Below, piece by piece: positions 40,062-49,731 of a DNA stretch of 64,000 nucleotides. The DNA is from Thermoproteota archaeon (GTDB lineage Archaea > Thermoproteota > EX4484-205 > JAAOZP01), in contig JBNAVT010000006.1 of the NCBI GenBank assembly GCA_049700215.1, positions 1 through 64,000 on the forward strand. Reading direction: 5' to 3'. Position 1 is the stretch's first letter. Each line of letters begins with the position of its first letter. The position numbers and the translations under genes were made by a program. The notes under the pieces were generated by a model that had not been told where the DNA came from, searched no databases, and worked only from the letters and a program-made list of their open reading frames with translations.

Positions 40062-40073
40062 TAGCGCGCGCTA
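40062..40073. repeat. Perfect palindrome TAGCGCGCGCTA, representative of a dispersed repeat family
   Basis: AGCGCGCGCT at 11001, 19954, 24623, 31303, 40063 and 52843; (GC)5 forms at 24696 and 30015; variants at 3063, 19450, 28728, 29892, 31556, 31687, 33495, 49515, 56913 and 59245. Confidence 0.85.
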
Positions 40074-40507
40074 AGGTTCCTCTCTAGCCAGAGCCTTCAA
40101 AAATCTCTCTCTAGAATTCATGTTCGCAGCCTTCATCATCAAGTATAAAAACTTTTATAATGGTTCTATTTTCGATTCTGGACAATAATGCCTGCTTAAA
40201 AAGTCTCTTGAAGTTAAAACGGGCTTGAAAGGCAACGGCTTCTGCGAAACGTCACCATTTTTCAAGAAAACCGATTTGAAACTAAATTAGACTAATCGTT
40301 ATTATTCGACCTTTTTATGAATACGAAAAGTCGAGGGGCTAGTGGAAATCCTGTTTTGTAACCACAGCCAGCTTTAACATATTATTGTCAACACATATCT
40401 CCTTTTCGCTTCCCGTAAGAAGCGGCTTGCTTCAGATTATCGACAAAAATATAATGGGGAAAAACAATGGGAGTAAGCTTTATATGTTTGTAAAATTGCG
40501 TCGTAAC

Positions 40508-40696
40508 GCGTGAAAAGGTGAAAGAAGGTTGGGAGAATCAGTCCCAAAGGAAAGAGTTAAGCCTTCTGGCCTGAAAACATGGATCATAATCTCAGCAATA
40601 CTAATACCCCCAGTAGGATACTTCCTAAACCTGGTTATGCAGGGCTTCGGAGCCTGGTGGAACTACCCGTTAATATTCCCGTTGCCATTCTTCTGG
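40508..40696 (+). repeat. 189-bp exact direct repeat, copy 2
   Basis: Identical to 36254-36442. Confidence 0.92.
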
Positions 40697-42538
40697 AATC
40701 TGATAATAATTTACCTGCTCTCTAAACTCTCCGGAAGGCTCAGGCTCTCCCCGCAGGAGCTAACCCTGTTCTTCGTAATCTGCTATATCACTGCTGGCAG
40801 TTACTATGCTGCACAGGGAATAGGCTACTGGACTACTACGCCAATAACAAATTGGAGCATCGCACATGTAACAACAGGTCTAAACACAGAAACATACAAA
40901 ACGGTTTTCTACGAGAAAGTTCCGCCTTTCCTGGTGCCAAAAGATCCGATTGTGATGAACGCGTTCTGGTACGGTGGCGTCTTCAATCTGGATCCATGGA
41001 TCGTGCCAATTCTCTTCTGGATAGTCTGGTCAGTCGTTGAATTCTCAACCTTATGGTTCTGGGGCACTATGCTTATAAAGCCATTAATGGAAGTAGAAAG
41101 ACTACCGTTTCCATGGGTTATGCCAGTAAGCTTCATGATAAACAATTTCACCTCTACGAGTAATGGGAAGCCAAACCTGTTCAACCTGCGAATCGGCAGC
41201 ATAAAGTTCTTCTACATAGGGCTGGTCATAGGCATGCTGCTTTCAGTACCCGGACAGGTTATAAACTTCTGGCCGCTGGCGTTCGGAGGCAACGCACTAG
41301 CCAACTGGCCGGTAAACCTCTTGAGTATAACCTCTGGCCCACTGCCAGGAGCGCTGCTCGTCGGCAATTTTTATGTTATCGATGCTTTTTCCATAGGACA
41401 GCTGATCCCGTTGGACGTGTTAGCAACGGCTACTCTCTGGTGGTTCATCTGGGGGGTTCTCTTCCAAACAGCGGCTGTCAGACTGGGGATAAACCCATTC
41501 ACACCTGGCGCTGGAAATGAGACTGCATATCCATACTCGCTCGGCGTATTTAAGTGGGCTCAGTTTGACGCTCTTGTTTCTGTTGGCATAGCCTTATACG
41601 TAGTTTTCAAGTACTACAAGTATATTCTGGAAGTTCTTAGAAAAGGCTTTTCCGGGGAAGGCGGAGACGTAGGTGGGATTTCATATAGGCTTATGGCTTT
41701 CGGCGCCTTAGGAACGTTACTGATACAAATTGTACTCTTCGCCATAGCTGGAACACCTATAGTGATGGCAGTATTCATCCCGTTATTCTATGTTTTAATC
41801 ATGTTCGCTTGGATAAGAATGATGGGGGAGCAACACTTCTATCCTTATGGTGGCTCTTACCAAGGTATAGTTTTCGACGTAGGTACTTTTCTCGGCCAAT
41901 GGGGTGGAAGACCATCTCCAGAAGCATTCAACGCCATTTTGATGTACACCTCTCTAGGGTTAGCGGGTTCCAGGATGAGTCCGATGAACATACACTGGGG
42001 CTTCATGTCTTTCAAAATAGGTGAGGCGACTAATACAAGCTACAGGGAAATACTCTACATCGCGTTGATCTCTATAGTAACTACTGCTGTTGCTGCCTAC
42101 TTCATATGGCCATGGTTCATGACCAGTTTCGGCGGGTACTCTAGGATCAATTCAATACAATATGACATTTGGATGCTGCCAACGATTTACAGTTATACTT
42201 ACGGTACGCCACCGGCTGTAACCGTTGCGGAGACATGGATCTACACTATAGTAGGCACGATCTTCGTCTTCGCATGCTATACTCTTAGGTCAAGGTTCAG
42301 GTGGTTCTTCATAAATCCAGTAGGTCTAATGATGCTGCCCGAGGGCTTCTGGCCCGCTTGGCTCGTAGCCTTTATCGTAAAATATGCTGTGCTTAAATTC
42401 GGTGGTTCAAGGGTGTTCGAAGAAAAGTGGATGCCGTTAGCGATGGGGATTGGTATAGGCTTCGGCGCTCTAGTGCTGTTCGGAGCTTTGATAACCTTCT
42501 TCAACGTATCGTTACCAACGTGGCTCGGCCGATTTTAA
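40529..42538 (+). CDS. OPT-superfamily / DUF6785-like polytopic transporter, paralogue 2
   Basis: 669 aa, same motifs as paralogue 1 (EVERLPFP). Confidence 0.78.
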   Translation: MGESVPKERVKPSGLKTWIIISAILIPPVGYFLNLVMQGFGAWWNYPLIFPLPFFWNLIIIYLLSKLSGRLRLSPQELTLFFVICYITAGSYYAAQGIGYWTTTPITNWSIAHVTTGLNTETYKTVFYEKVPPFLVPKDPIVMNAFWYGGVFNLDPWIVPILFWIVWSVVEFSTLWFWGTMLIKPLMEVERLPFPWVMPVSFMINNFTSTSNGKPNLFNLRIGSIKFFYIGLVIGMLLSVPGQVINFWPLAFGGNALANWPVNLLSITSGPLPGALLVGNFYVIDAFSIGQLIPLDVLATATLWWFIWGVLFQTAAVRLGINPFTPGAGNETAYPYSLGVFKWAQFDALVSVGIALYVVFKYYKYILEVLRKGFSGEGGDVGGISYRLMAFGALGTLLIQIVLFAIAGTPIVMAVFIPLFYVLIMFAWIRMMGEQHFYPYGGSYQGIVFDVGTFLGQWGGRPSPEAFNAILMYTSLGLAGSRMSPMNIHWGFMSFKIGEATNTSYREILYIALISIVTTAVAAYFIWPWFMTSFGGYSRINSIQYDIWMLPTIYSYTYGTPPAVTVAETWIYTIVGTIFVFACYTLRSRFRWFFINPVGLMMLPEGFWPAWLVAFIVKYAVLKFGGSRVFEEKWMPLAMGIGIGFGALVLFGALITFFNVSLPTWLGRF

Positions 42539-42614
42539 TCAGAAAACCTTAAAAATCCTTTTTTTATCCTAAACAACTCGTGGTTAAGGTGACTAGAAGA
42601 GGTGGATATCTCTA

Positions 42615-45600
42615 ATGGTAACCCGTAAAGATGAGCGAGAAGGCTGGAGATATGTTCTTACACTCCTCATTCTGGTTTTAACTGGTGCAAACCTGCTCTC
42701 TGATGCGAAGGCCTTCTCGAAGGCGGAAGCCCAGCCTAGTGACGAAGGCTTCGTAGCAATCCTTTCCGACTTTGATAAGTCTAGGCTTATTGAGCATTTG
42801 GAATTCTTTTCATCCTTGGGGTCAAGAGTAACCGGTTATCCAGGTTTCTATAAGGCCTCGAATTACATAACTGATAGGTTTAAAGAATTAGGGTTAAAAG
42901 TAATAATTCAGAATTACACCGCGGTATGCCCGGTAGATGGCGACGATTACGTTGTTTTGAAAACTAAGGATCGCTCTTACAGGGTCAAGGCCTTCTCAGT
43001 ATGGCCGAATCTCGTACAAGCCTGTAAGACTCCACCGGAAGGTGTTTCCGGTAAACTGTTTTACATAGGGAGTGGGGGCTATCAAGCCCTTAAAGGTAAG
43101 CCGGTGAACGGGTCGATCGTCCTGATGGATTTTAACAGTGGGAATAATTGGATTCAGGCCGCTGCGCTTGGAGCGAAAGGAGTTATCTTCATAGAGCCTG
43201 AGGAGAGCAACTATGCAGAAGCTAGGTCGAAGTTCCTGCTTACCCCCATATACTTGCCGAGGCTTTACGTTTCAAGAAAGGATGCTTTACTCATTCTAAA
43301 CATACTTGAAGAGAATAATGGCGAAGTGGATGCTACAATCGTGAACAATATGGCTCTCAAAAATGTTGTCGGCCAAAACATAATTGGCATACTAGAGGGC
43401 ACGGATTATCCGAATGATGTAATCGTTGTTTCAACTCACTACGACACGTGGTCAGTCGTTCCTGCAATAGCCTCTTCGAAAGACGAGGCAACATCGATTT
43501 CAGCCTTATTAGAATTCGCGAGAGTTTTCTCAGGTCAGAAGCCTAAAAGGACGATCTGGTTCGTTGCGTTTTCCGGCCACTACCAGGCCCTAGCGGGCTC
43601 CAGGGCCTTTGTGGACGAGTTCTTCTATAATAATAGTGTTGTCGAGGGTCATACGAAGATTTGGCTGCAAATCAACATGGATTTTTCAACAAGCTCGAAG
43701 AGCATATCTTTCCTCAGCCAGGGCTTCTTCTATAGGTATGGGAGCACAACCGTTCAAGCAAGATGGACTGGATGGTTGCAGACAAAGCTTATGGATGTAG
43801 TGGATGCTTTTAGCAGGGAAGTAAGCCCCGTTGAAGTGATTTACGGTTTTCCCACTAATGCTTGGTGGGGTACTCAAGTGGCCCCCTACATCCTGGATTC
43901 TGAGCCATTATCTATGGCCCATGGATTAGGGTTCACGATAAAGACGGGTAGAACTCTAAACTTCTTCTGGGGCTTGCCCTTGAGCCAGGATGTGAACTAT
44001 GATAATCTTTGGCCTCAGGCTTACCTGAGCCTAGCTATAATCCATGAGCTTTCAAACTCGAAAGACTGGGGAATCAGGTGGGATCAAGTGTCCCCAGCCG
44101 TCTCAGGTAAGAGTAGAACACTTATAGCAGCTGGGGCTACAGATGTGGCTGGGTTTATCAGAGTATACGGCAGGACGTTAACGTTCAATATTACTAAGGG
44201 ATGGTATACTCCGCTTCCGAACGCAACAGTCGTAGTATTACCCGGAGGCCTAGGCTACACTAATTATCCTTTCCAGATCATCTACGTTTTTTCAGACTCT
44301 CAAGGTAAGTTTGAAGTAAGGGGATTAGGCTACGGCTTGGCCCCATGTCTTGGCGCATATACGTTCCTAGCGTTTAGGCTGAACGGAGAAACCGGTCTGA
44401 TAGAATATGCTCCGGATTTCGGCCAGTATGGTGCACAATACCTTCCAAACTACTATCAGTTAAACACGGAGCCCTATAACGTAACCACAATAGCGTTCAG
44501 GTCTAACACGGTCGTGTTCTTCAATGTCTTCGATTATCAAGGCTTAAGACCACTAATCTTCAGGGATCCGCGTGTACCTACGAACGTTTGGCTCCAATCC
44601 ATTCCCTCTGTTCAACTGCTTAACGCTAAATCTCTAGGTCCTGACATATCTTGGGGAGTTTTCCTCCAGCCCGATGATAAAATCCTAGTCGCTTTCGTTC
44701 AGCCTCACACTTATTTCGTGAGCTTCATAACCATAGGGTCTACAAGAGTGCTTGAAGTTCTATTAACAAACACCTCTGTAGCTTCAATACCGCCATACGA
44801 CTTTTATGGATACGGTTCAAAGGATAACGAGGAGATTCATGTAAACGCCTTGCTTGAGTCCGCGAAAAATATTTACACTACTTCGCTAAACAGATACGTT
44901 GGGCTGCGCGATTTAAACATATGGAATCCATTAATCCAGGATTCTTTGAATAATGCTTTATTCTACAAGAATCTCCTCTCCGATTCTTTAAGAACCCTTG
45001 ACTATTTGACGATGCTTCAATCAGCAACCTCTTTAAATTCCATCGTAGTTAGGTCCTACGGGGGGGTTATGGGTTTAATCAACGATATACCAACAACCTC
45101 TATCTTCCTGATAATCATACTTGCATCATTCTCATTCCTAGCGCCCGCTGTCTTCATTAGAGCCCAGGGGAAGATAGTGGCAATATCTTCAGCCGTGCTC
45201 TTCATCGTAATGATGCTTCTTTTATACTATGTAAATCCAATATTTAAACTCGCAGCTAATTTCATCATGGCTCCTCTCAGCGTGATCGTAGTAGTGTTCT
45301 TCGTGCTTGTAACCTTCTTATTCTCTTCCGAAGCCCTGGGCACTTTGAAAACGATAAGGACTAAGACGCTTGGGGCTCACTTTGCGGAGAAAAGTCTTAC
45401 CTCATTTACGCTAGTCATTTTCCCGTACACGATAGAGCATATGAAAAGACGTAAACTGAGAACTTCCCTAGTCATGCTTTCGATAGCTTCCGTGGTTTTC
45501 GCATTCGTATCTCTTACTTCCGTCTCGATTTACCAGGCTCCTATGCCGTCCTCGATCCCAGAGGGTAAAGTCAACTATATGGGTGTCTGCGTAAAGACGA

Positions 45601-47114
45601 ATATTCGACAGCAACCGAGTGGAGCATTCGACTATGATTTGATCAACGTGTTAAAGCAGGAGCGGTTCGCCGATTTGGCGTCAATAATTGCTCCAAGATG
45701 CTGGTGGTATCCTGAAGCGATCGAAGGTAGAGACGTTTACACCTTCATAAAGTCAAACACCTCCTCCACCACTATCAAAGCCGTCATAGGGCTAACTCCT
45801 GAAGAATACCACGTGTATGATTATTCGAAAGCTTTGATCCAAGGTAGATGGTTTAACTCTGAAGACTACTACTCTGCAATCCTTCCCCTTAACATCGCTA
45901 AAGATTTGTCGGTTAAGGTTAATGACACAATCGTTTTCGAAGGCTTAAAGCTTAAAGTAGTTGGGGTCGTGAATTCTTCTACTTTAAACAGTTTTGTCGA
46001 CTTCGATGGATACATCGATACTCCGTTATACCCTATCCTACCGTCTATAGTCCTTGGGACGGTTCAGGAGCCGCAGTACGCTCCGACACCATGGAGCATG
46101 ATGCTAATATTGCCTTACGAGCTAGTGAAGGATATGGGTGGCTATTTGGCGAGTGTTTCTATAGTGACGAAGAGCTATGATGATGCTGCAGCCCTCGCTG
46201 AAAGAATTGCAAACGTATTTAGTATTCCGATTTACGTTTCCTCTCCCGAGGGAGCGATCTATTATAGTCCAATAGTCTCCTTCACTCCTTCAGGCCTCTC
46301 CTTCGCTCTACCCTTGATAGTCATAGGCGCCGCATCGATTTCCGTAGCAGTATTAGGCTCAGTAAAGGAGAGGAGGGGCGATATCTTTGTGTATAGCGCC
46401 GTCGGCCTTCCGCCTTCCGGCTCAGCAATAATGTTGATTATAGAGGCGGTTACATATTCGATCTTGTCTGTGGTTCCCGCCTATTTCTTGGGGGTAGTGG
46501 CAAACTCGTTTTTGATCTCCGGCAGATTCCTGCCGGAAAGCTTTTCTCTAAACGCTACGTCCCTCTCCATAGCCCTTGCGATCTTCGCAGGCATTTTATC
46601 AACCTTATTGGCGATGATCTACCCCATTCGAATGGCTTCAAAGCTAATTACGCCTTCGCTTGAAAGGAAATGGAAGATTCCGACGAAGCCAAAGGGCAAC
46701 CTGTGGGATATCCCACTACCGTTTTCGCTAACCGAGGAAAGGGAGGTTGAGGCGGTTTACTTATTCTTGGAAGAGTTCTTTAAAGCACATACTTCCGAGA
46801 CCCCTGATCCGTTCATAGTCAGGAGTATAAAGACGGATATTAAAGAGAAAATGCAGGAGCTTTTAGTTTCCTTAATGCCTCTGGATTCAGGAGTCTACCA
46901 GAGGGCCTTAATAAATTCAAAGTTTTACGAGGATACGAGGAGATACGACTTCATGCTTAGACTGGAAAGAATAGAGGGTACTCCGGACACTTGGGTTGCT
47001 TTAAACTACGGCTTTATAGATGCTGTTAGGAAGCAACTATTAACTTGGAAGATGCTTTCAGACAGTGATAAAAGCAGGTATATAGAGTTGGTGGATAAAG
47101 GAGGTGCGAGTTAA
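42615..47114 (+). CDS. Large membrane protein: M28-peptidase-like ectodomain fused to MacB/FtsX-like permease domains
   Basis: Signal peptide; SRVTGYPG, PA insert, STHYDT, FSGHYQALAGS; KRRKLRTSL; GSVKERRGDIFVYSAVGLPP (FtsX). Confidence 0.85.
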   Translation: MVTRKDEREGWRYVLTLLILVLTGANLLSDAKAFSKAEAQPSDEGFVAILSDFDKSRLIEHLEFFSSLGSRVTGYPGFYKASNYITDRFKELGLKVIIQNYTAVCPVDGDDYVVLKTKDRSYRVKAFSVWPNLVQACKTPPEGVSGKLFYIGSGGYQALKGKPVNGSIVLMDFNSGNNWIQAAALGAKGVIFIEPEESNYAEARSKFLLTPIYLPRLYVSRKDALLILNILEENNGEVDATIVNNMALKNVVGQNIIGILEGTDYPNDVIVVSTHYDTWSVVPAIASSKDEATSISALLEFARVFSGQKPKRTIWFVAFSGHYQALAGSRAFVDEFFYNNSVVEGHTKIWLQINMDFSTSSKSISFLSQGFFYRYGSTTVQARWTGWLQTKLMDVVDAFSREVSPVEVIYGFPTNAWWGTQVAPYILDSEPLSMAHGLGFTIKTGRTLNFFWGLPLSQDVNYDNLWPQAYLSLAIIHELSNSKDWGIRWDQVSPAVSGKSRTLIAAGATDVAGFIRVYGRTLTFNITKGWYTPLPNATVVVLPGGLGYTNYPFQIIYVFSDSQGKFEVRGLGYGLAPCLGAYTFLAFRLNGETGLIEYAPDFGQYGAQYLPNYYQLNTEPYNVTTIAFRSNTVVFFNVFDYQGLRPLIFRDPRVPTNVWLQSIPSVQLLNAKSLGPDISWGVFLQPDDKILVAFVQPHTYFVSFITIGSTRVLEVLLTNTSVASIPPYDFYGYGSKDNEEIHVNALLESAKNIYTTSLNRYVGLRDLNIWNPLIQDSLNNALFYKNLLSDSLRTLDYLTMLQSATSLNSIVVRSYGGVMGLINDIPTTSIFLIIILASFSFLAPAVFIRAQGKIVAISSAVLFIVMMLLLYYVNPIFKLAANFIMAPLSVIVVVFFVLVTFLFSSEALGTLKTIRTKTLGAHFAEKSLTSFTLVIFPYTIEHMKRRKLRTSLVMLSIASVVFAFVSLTSVSIYQAPMPSSIPEGKVNYMGVCVKTNIRQQPSGAFDYDLINVLKQERFADLASIIAPRCWWYPEAIEGRDVYTFIKSNTSSTTIKAVIGLTPEEYHVYDYSKALIQGRWFNSEDYYSAILPLNIAKDLSVKVNDTIVFEGLKLKVVGVVNSSTLNSFVDFDGYIDTPLYPILPSIVLGTVQEPQYAPTPWSMMLILPYELVKDMGGYLASVSIVTKSYDDAAALAERIANVFSIPIYVSSPEGAIYYSPIVSFTPSGLSFALPLIVIGAASISVAVLGSVKERRGDIFVYSAVGLPPSGSAIMLIIEAVTYSILSVVPAYFLGVVANSFLISGRFLPESFSLNATSLSIALAIFAGILSTLLAMIYPIRMASKLITPSLERKWKIPTKPKGNLWDIPLPFSLTEEREVEAVYLFLEEFFKAHTSETPDPFIVRSIKTDIKEKMQELLVSLMPLDSGVYQRALINSKFYEDTRRYDFMLRLERIEGTPDTWVALNYGFIDAVRKQLLTWKMLSDSDKSRYIELVDKGGAS

Positions 47115-47115
47115 A

Positions 47116-49044
47116 ATGAGCCAGACCATTGAGTTCAAAAGTGGAATAACTTGGAGGGTGATATTCGCCCTCTTCTTTGCTTCAATAGTTCTACTACCGG
47201 TCTCGATATATTTGAGCTTGGTTTCAGGAGCGGCAATAGCCGGAGCCTTCAGTTACATTGTCGTAATCCTTTTCCTAGAGGTGGGTTCTTTAATGAATAT
47301 TCGCCTGTCTAAGCAAGAGCTTTTCATCATGTTCATAATGATAGGGGTTGCTGCATCCACACCCATGACGGACTTCATATACCGTCACTACTTGGTAACA
47401 GGGCCTGTTGGATGGTCGTTCATAGACCCATTTACTAATCTACCTCTTCCAGAGGTTATTCCTACTTTCTATGTTCCGTACTGGAGGGATATACAATTCA
47501 GCAGAACTCTGCTTTCAAGCACTTGGCTTCTCCCAATGTTTCTCTCCACTTTACAATTCGGCATTCTGTTCATCGTCGCAGAAATCTCGTTAACCATTAT
47601 CTGCTCTCAACTCTTTCTAGAGACGGAGAAACTGCCTTTTCCGTTTGCAGACATCTCTGCACAGATGATAAACACGCTGACTGATAGGCCTGCGGACAGG
47701 ATGGAGGTCTTCATTATCTCTGCAGCAATTGGAGCATTTTACTCGTTTTTCCTGTACGGGATAAATACGATTAGCCTAGGGCTTTGGGGTACAAACATAC
47801 AAATCATTCCTGTCCCATGGTGGGATTTGACAACCGGATTGCTTGGGATAGAGCGGCTCCTTCCAGGAGCTGCCCTTGGCATTGCAACCGACCCTCTAAC
47901 TTGGATAGGCGGCTTCCTAATCCCGTTTAACACAGTAGCCTATATGTTTGCCAGCTCAATCCTAGTGTGGGTAATAGGAAACAATCTCGCCCTCTCCTTT
48001 TTCAGCGGCTACTTTCCATTGTGGAAAGAGGAATGGACTTTCGGCATGAGTCTAAGTTTGGTGTGGCAAAGGTCTATGCTCAGGGTCTGGCTAATACCGC
48101 AGATTGGATTCATGCTAGCCATTTCAATACTGGCGTTGGCGCAGAATTGGAGAGTGATAGTTAGGGGGATTCGTTCCCTGTGGAGGCTTTCAGCCCAGAG
48201 CAAGGCAGCCGGCTACCCGTCTTTAAAGGTTCTTCTAGCCCTCTACTTTGCTTCCATCATTGCTTCAGTTCTTATCTTCAATCATTTCATACCGGATTTT
48301 CCAGTATTGCCTGCTCTCGCTGTCTCGCTCGGCGTTTCGTTTCTGAACGCGGTAATAGGCACGAGGGCCGTTGGTGAAACTGGTTACGCTGTAAGCATAC
48401 CGTATGCGTGGGCTTTTACGATCATGCTCTCAGGCTACCAGAAAATCGATGCTTGGTTCTTCAGCCCAGTAATAGGCGGTGGGTCGGCTCCTTCATGGGT
48501 TCAAAGCATGAAAGTCGCTTATCTGACTGAAACAAAACCGATTGATTTCCTTAAAGCTTTCATTATTGCCTTTATACTTTACACAATATTTGGTGTAGTA
48601 TACGCCAGCGTATTCTGGATGATCGCCCCAATCCCCTCTTCGGCTTATCCGAACACGCTTATCTCGTGGCCAGTTCAAGCTATAAACCAACTAATGTGGG
48701 CTACTAGACAGGTCTTCACCTTAAACTTGACTGTTCTTTTATTCTTCTTCTCCCTAGCCATAGGCCTCGGTATAGTGGGTTCACTCTTAACCAAGCTTGC
48801 TTCAATACCATTTAGCCTAATGGGTATCGCTACTGGTATGTCAACGCTCCCAGCGTTCACGATTCCCATGTTCCTAGCCGCGCTAATCGGAAGATACTTG
48901 ATGCCGCGCTTCCTTGGAAGAGAGTGGTGGGAAAAATACAAAACAGTTGTGGCTGCAGGCATTGCAACGGGGGAAGGCGTGCTTGTTGGCTTAGTAATAG
49001 GCATAGTACTTCTCTCCAAGGTAGGATGGATACTTCCGTTTTAA
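47116..49044 (+). CDS. OPT family oligopeptide-transporter-like protein
   Basis: SGITWRV, LSKQEL, ETEKLPFP, AAGIATGEG; ATG at 47116. Confidence 0.82.
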   Translation: MSQTIEFKSGITWRVIFALFFASIVLLPVSIYLSLVSGAAIAGAFSYIVVILFLEVGSLMNIRLSKQELFIMFIMIGVAASTPMTDFIYRHYLVTGPVGWSFIDPFTNLPLPEVIPTFYVPYWRDIQFSRTLLSSTWLLPMFLSTLQFGILFIVAEISLTIICSQLFLETEKLPFPFADISAQMINTLTDRPADRMEVFIISAAIGAFYSFFLYGINTISLGLWGTNIQIIPVPWWDLTTGLLGIERLLPGAALGIATDPLTWIGGFLIPFNTVAYMFASSILVWVIGNNLALSFFSGYFPLWKEEWTFGMSLSLVWQRSMLRVWLIPQIGFMLAISILALAQNWRVIVRGIRSLWRLSAQSKAAGYPSLKVLLALYFASIIASVLIFNHFIPDFPVLPALAVSLGVSFLNAVIGTRAVGETGYAVSIPYAWAFTIMLSGYQKIDAWFFSPVIGGGSAPSWVQSMKVAYLTETKPIDFLKAFIIAFILYTIFGVVYASVFWMIAPIPSSAYPNTLISWPVQAINQLMWATRQVFTLNLTVLLFFFSLAIGLGIVGSLLTKLASIPFSLMGIATGMSTLPAFTIPMFLAALIGRYLMPRFLGREWWEKYKTVVAAGIATGEGVLVGLVIGIVLLSKVGWILPF

Positions 49045-49172
49045 AGGTGCGTCGTTTATTTTTAATGAAGCTTAGAGGCATATTTATACATGTTGTCTTC
49101 ACGTTCTTCAAGATGCGTACAGCTGGTTTCGCCAACCTCGAAGGTCAGCCTTATGCAGCATAAGGTAGGTGA

Positions 49173-49539
49173 CTATGTTGTCGGAAAACAGTTGTAGCAC
49201 GCGTGCTCCAAAACGGGTTCCAACAGGGGGGAAAGTCTATTTATGAAGTTCTGCATCTCGCCTGGAAGAGGTGCATAGACTGGTGTCGCTAACACAAGTA
49301 TATCAGCCTCGCGCAGCTTGGGGTAAAGCAACCGCATATCGTCAGAAATGATGCAATCCCCAGGCTTATCATACCTGCAAGAAAAGTCTCCGATGCAAGG
49401 CCTGATGTTGAGGCATTTTACATAGAAAAGCTCGACTGTCGCGCCTGCCTCCCTCATGCCGTTGAGAAACGGTTCCATGATCATTGTTGTGTCACTATTC
49501 TCCATGCGGGTGCGAGCGCGCTGCTACTACTTTGGTCAA
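49173..49539 (-). pseudogene. Flavodoxin-like / NADPH-dependent FMN reductase fragment
   Basis: MTKVVA, frameshift at AGCGCGCT, then RMENSDT...PCIGDFSC...DDM...LATPVY; 3' truncated. Confidence 0.7.
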
Positions 49540-49731
49540 CCATTATCTCAAAGTCCGCTAAACCGTTTCCATATAAGTATTTGCATTATAAGCAACAAAC
49601 GTAATTCATTTTGAACGTTTGAATCAACCTGTCTGCTTGAAAAACGGTGGGAGGAGCTTGTCCAGGAACGGCTTATTCACCTAGCTTTTCCTGAAAAAAG
49701 TTAAGTACTAGTTAAGGGGTTAAGTAATTGT

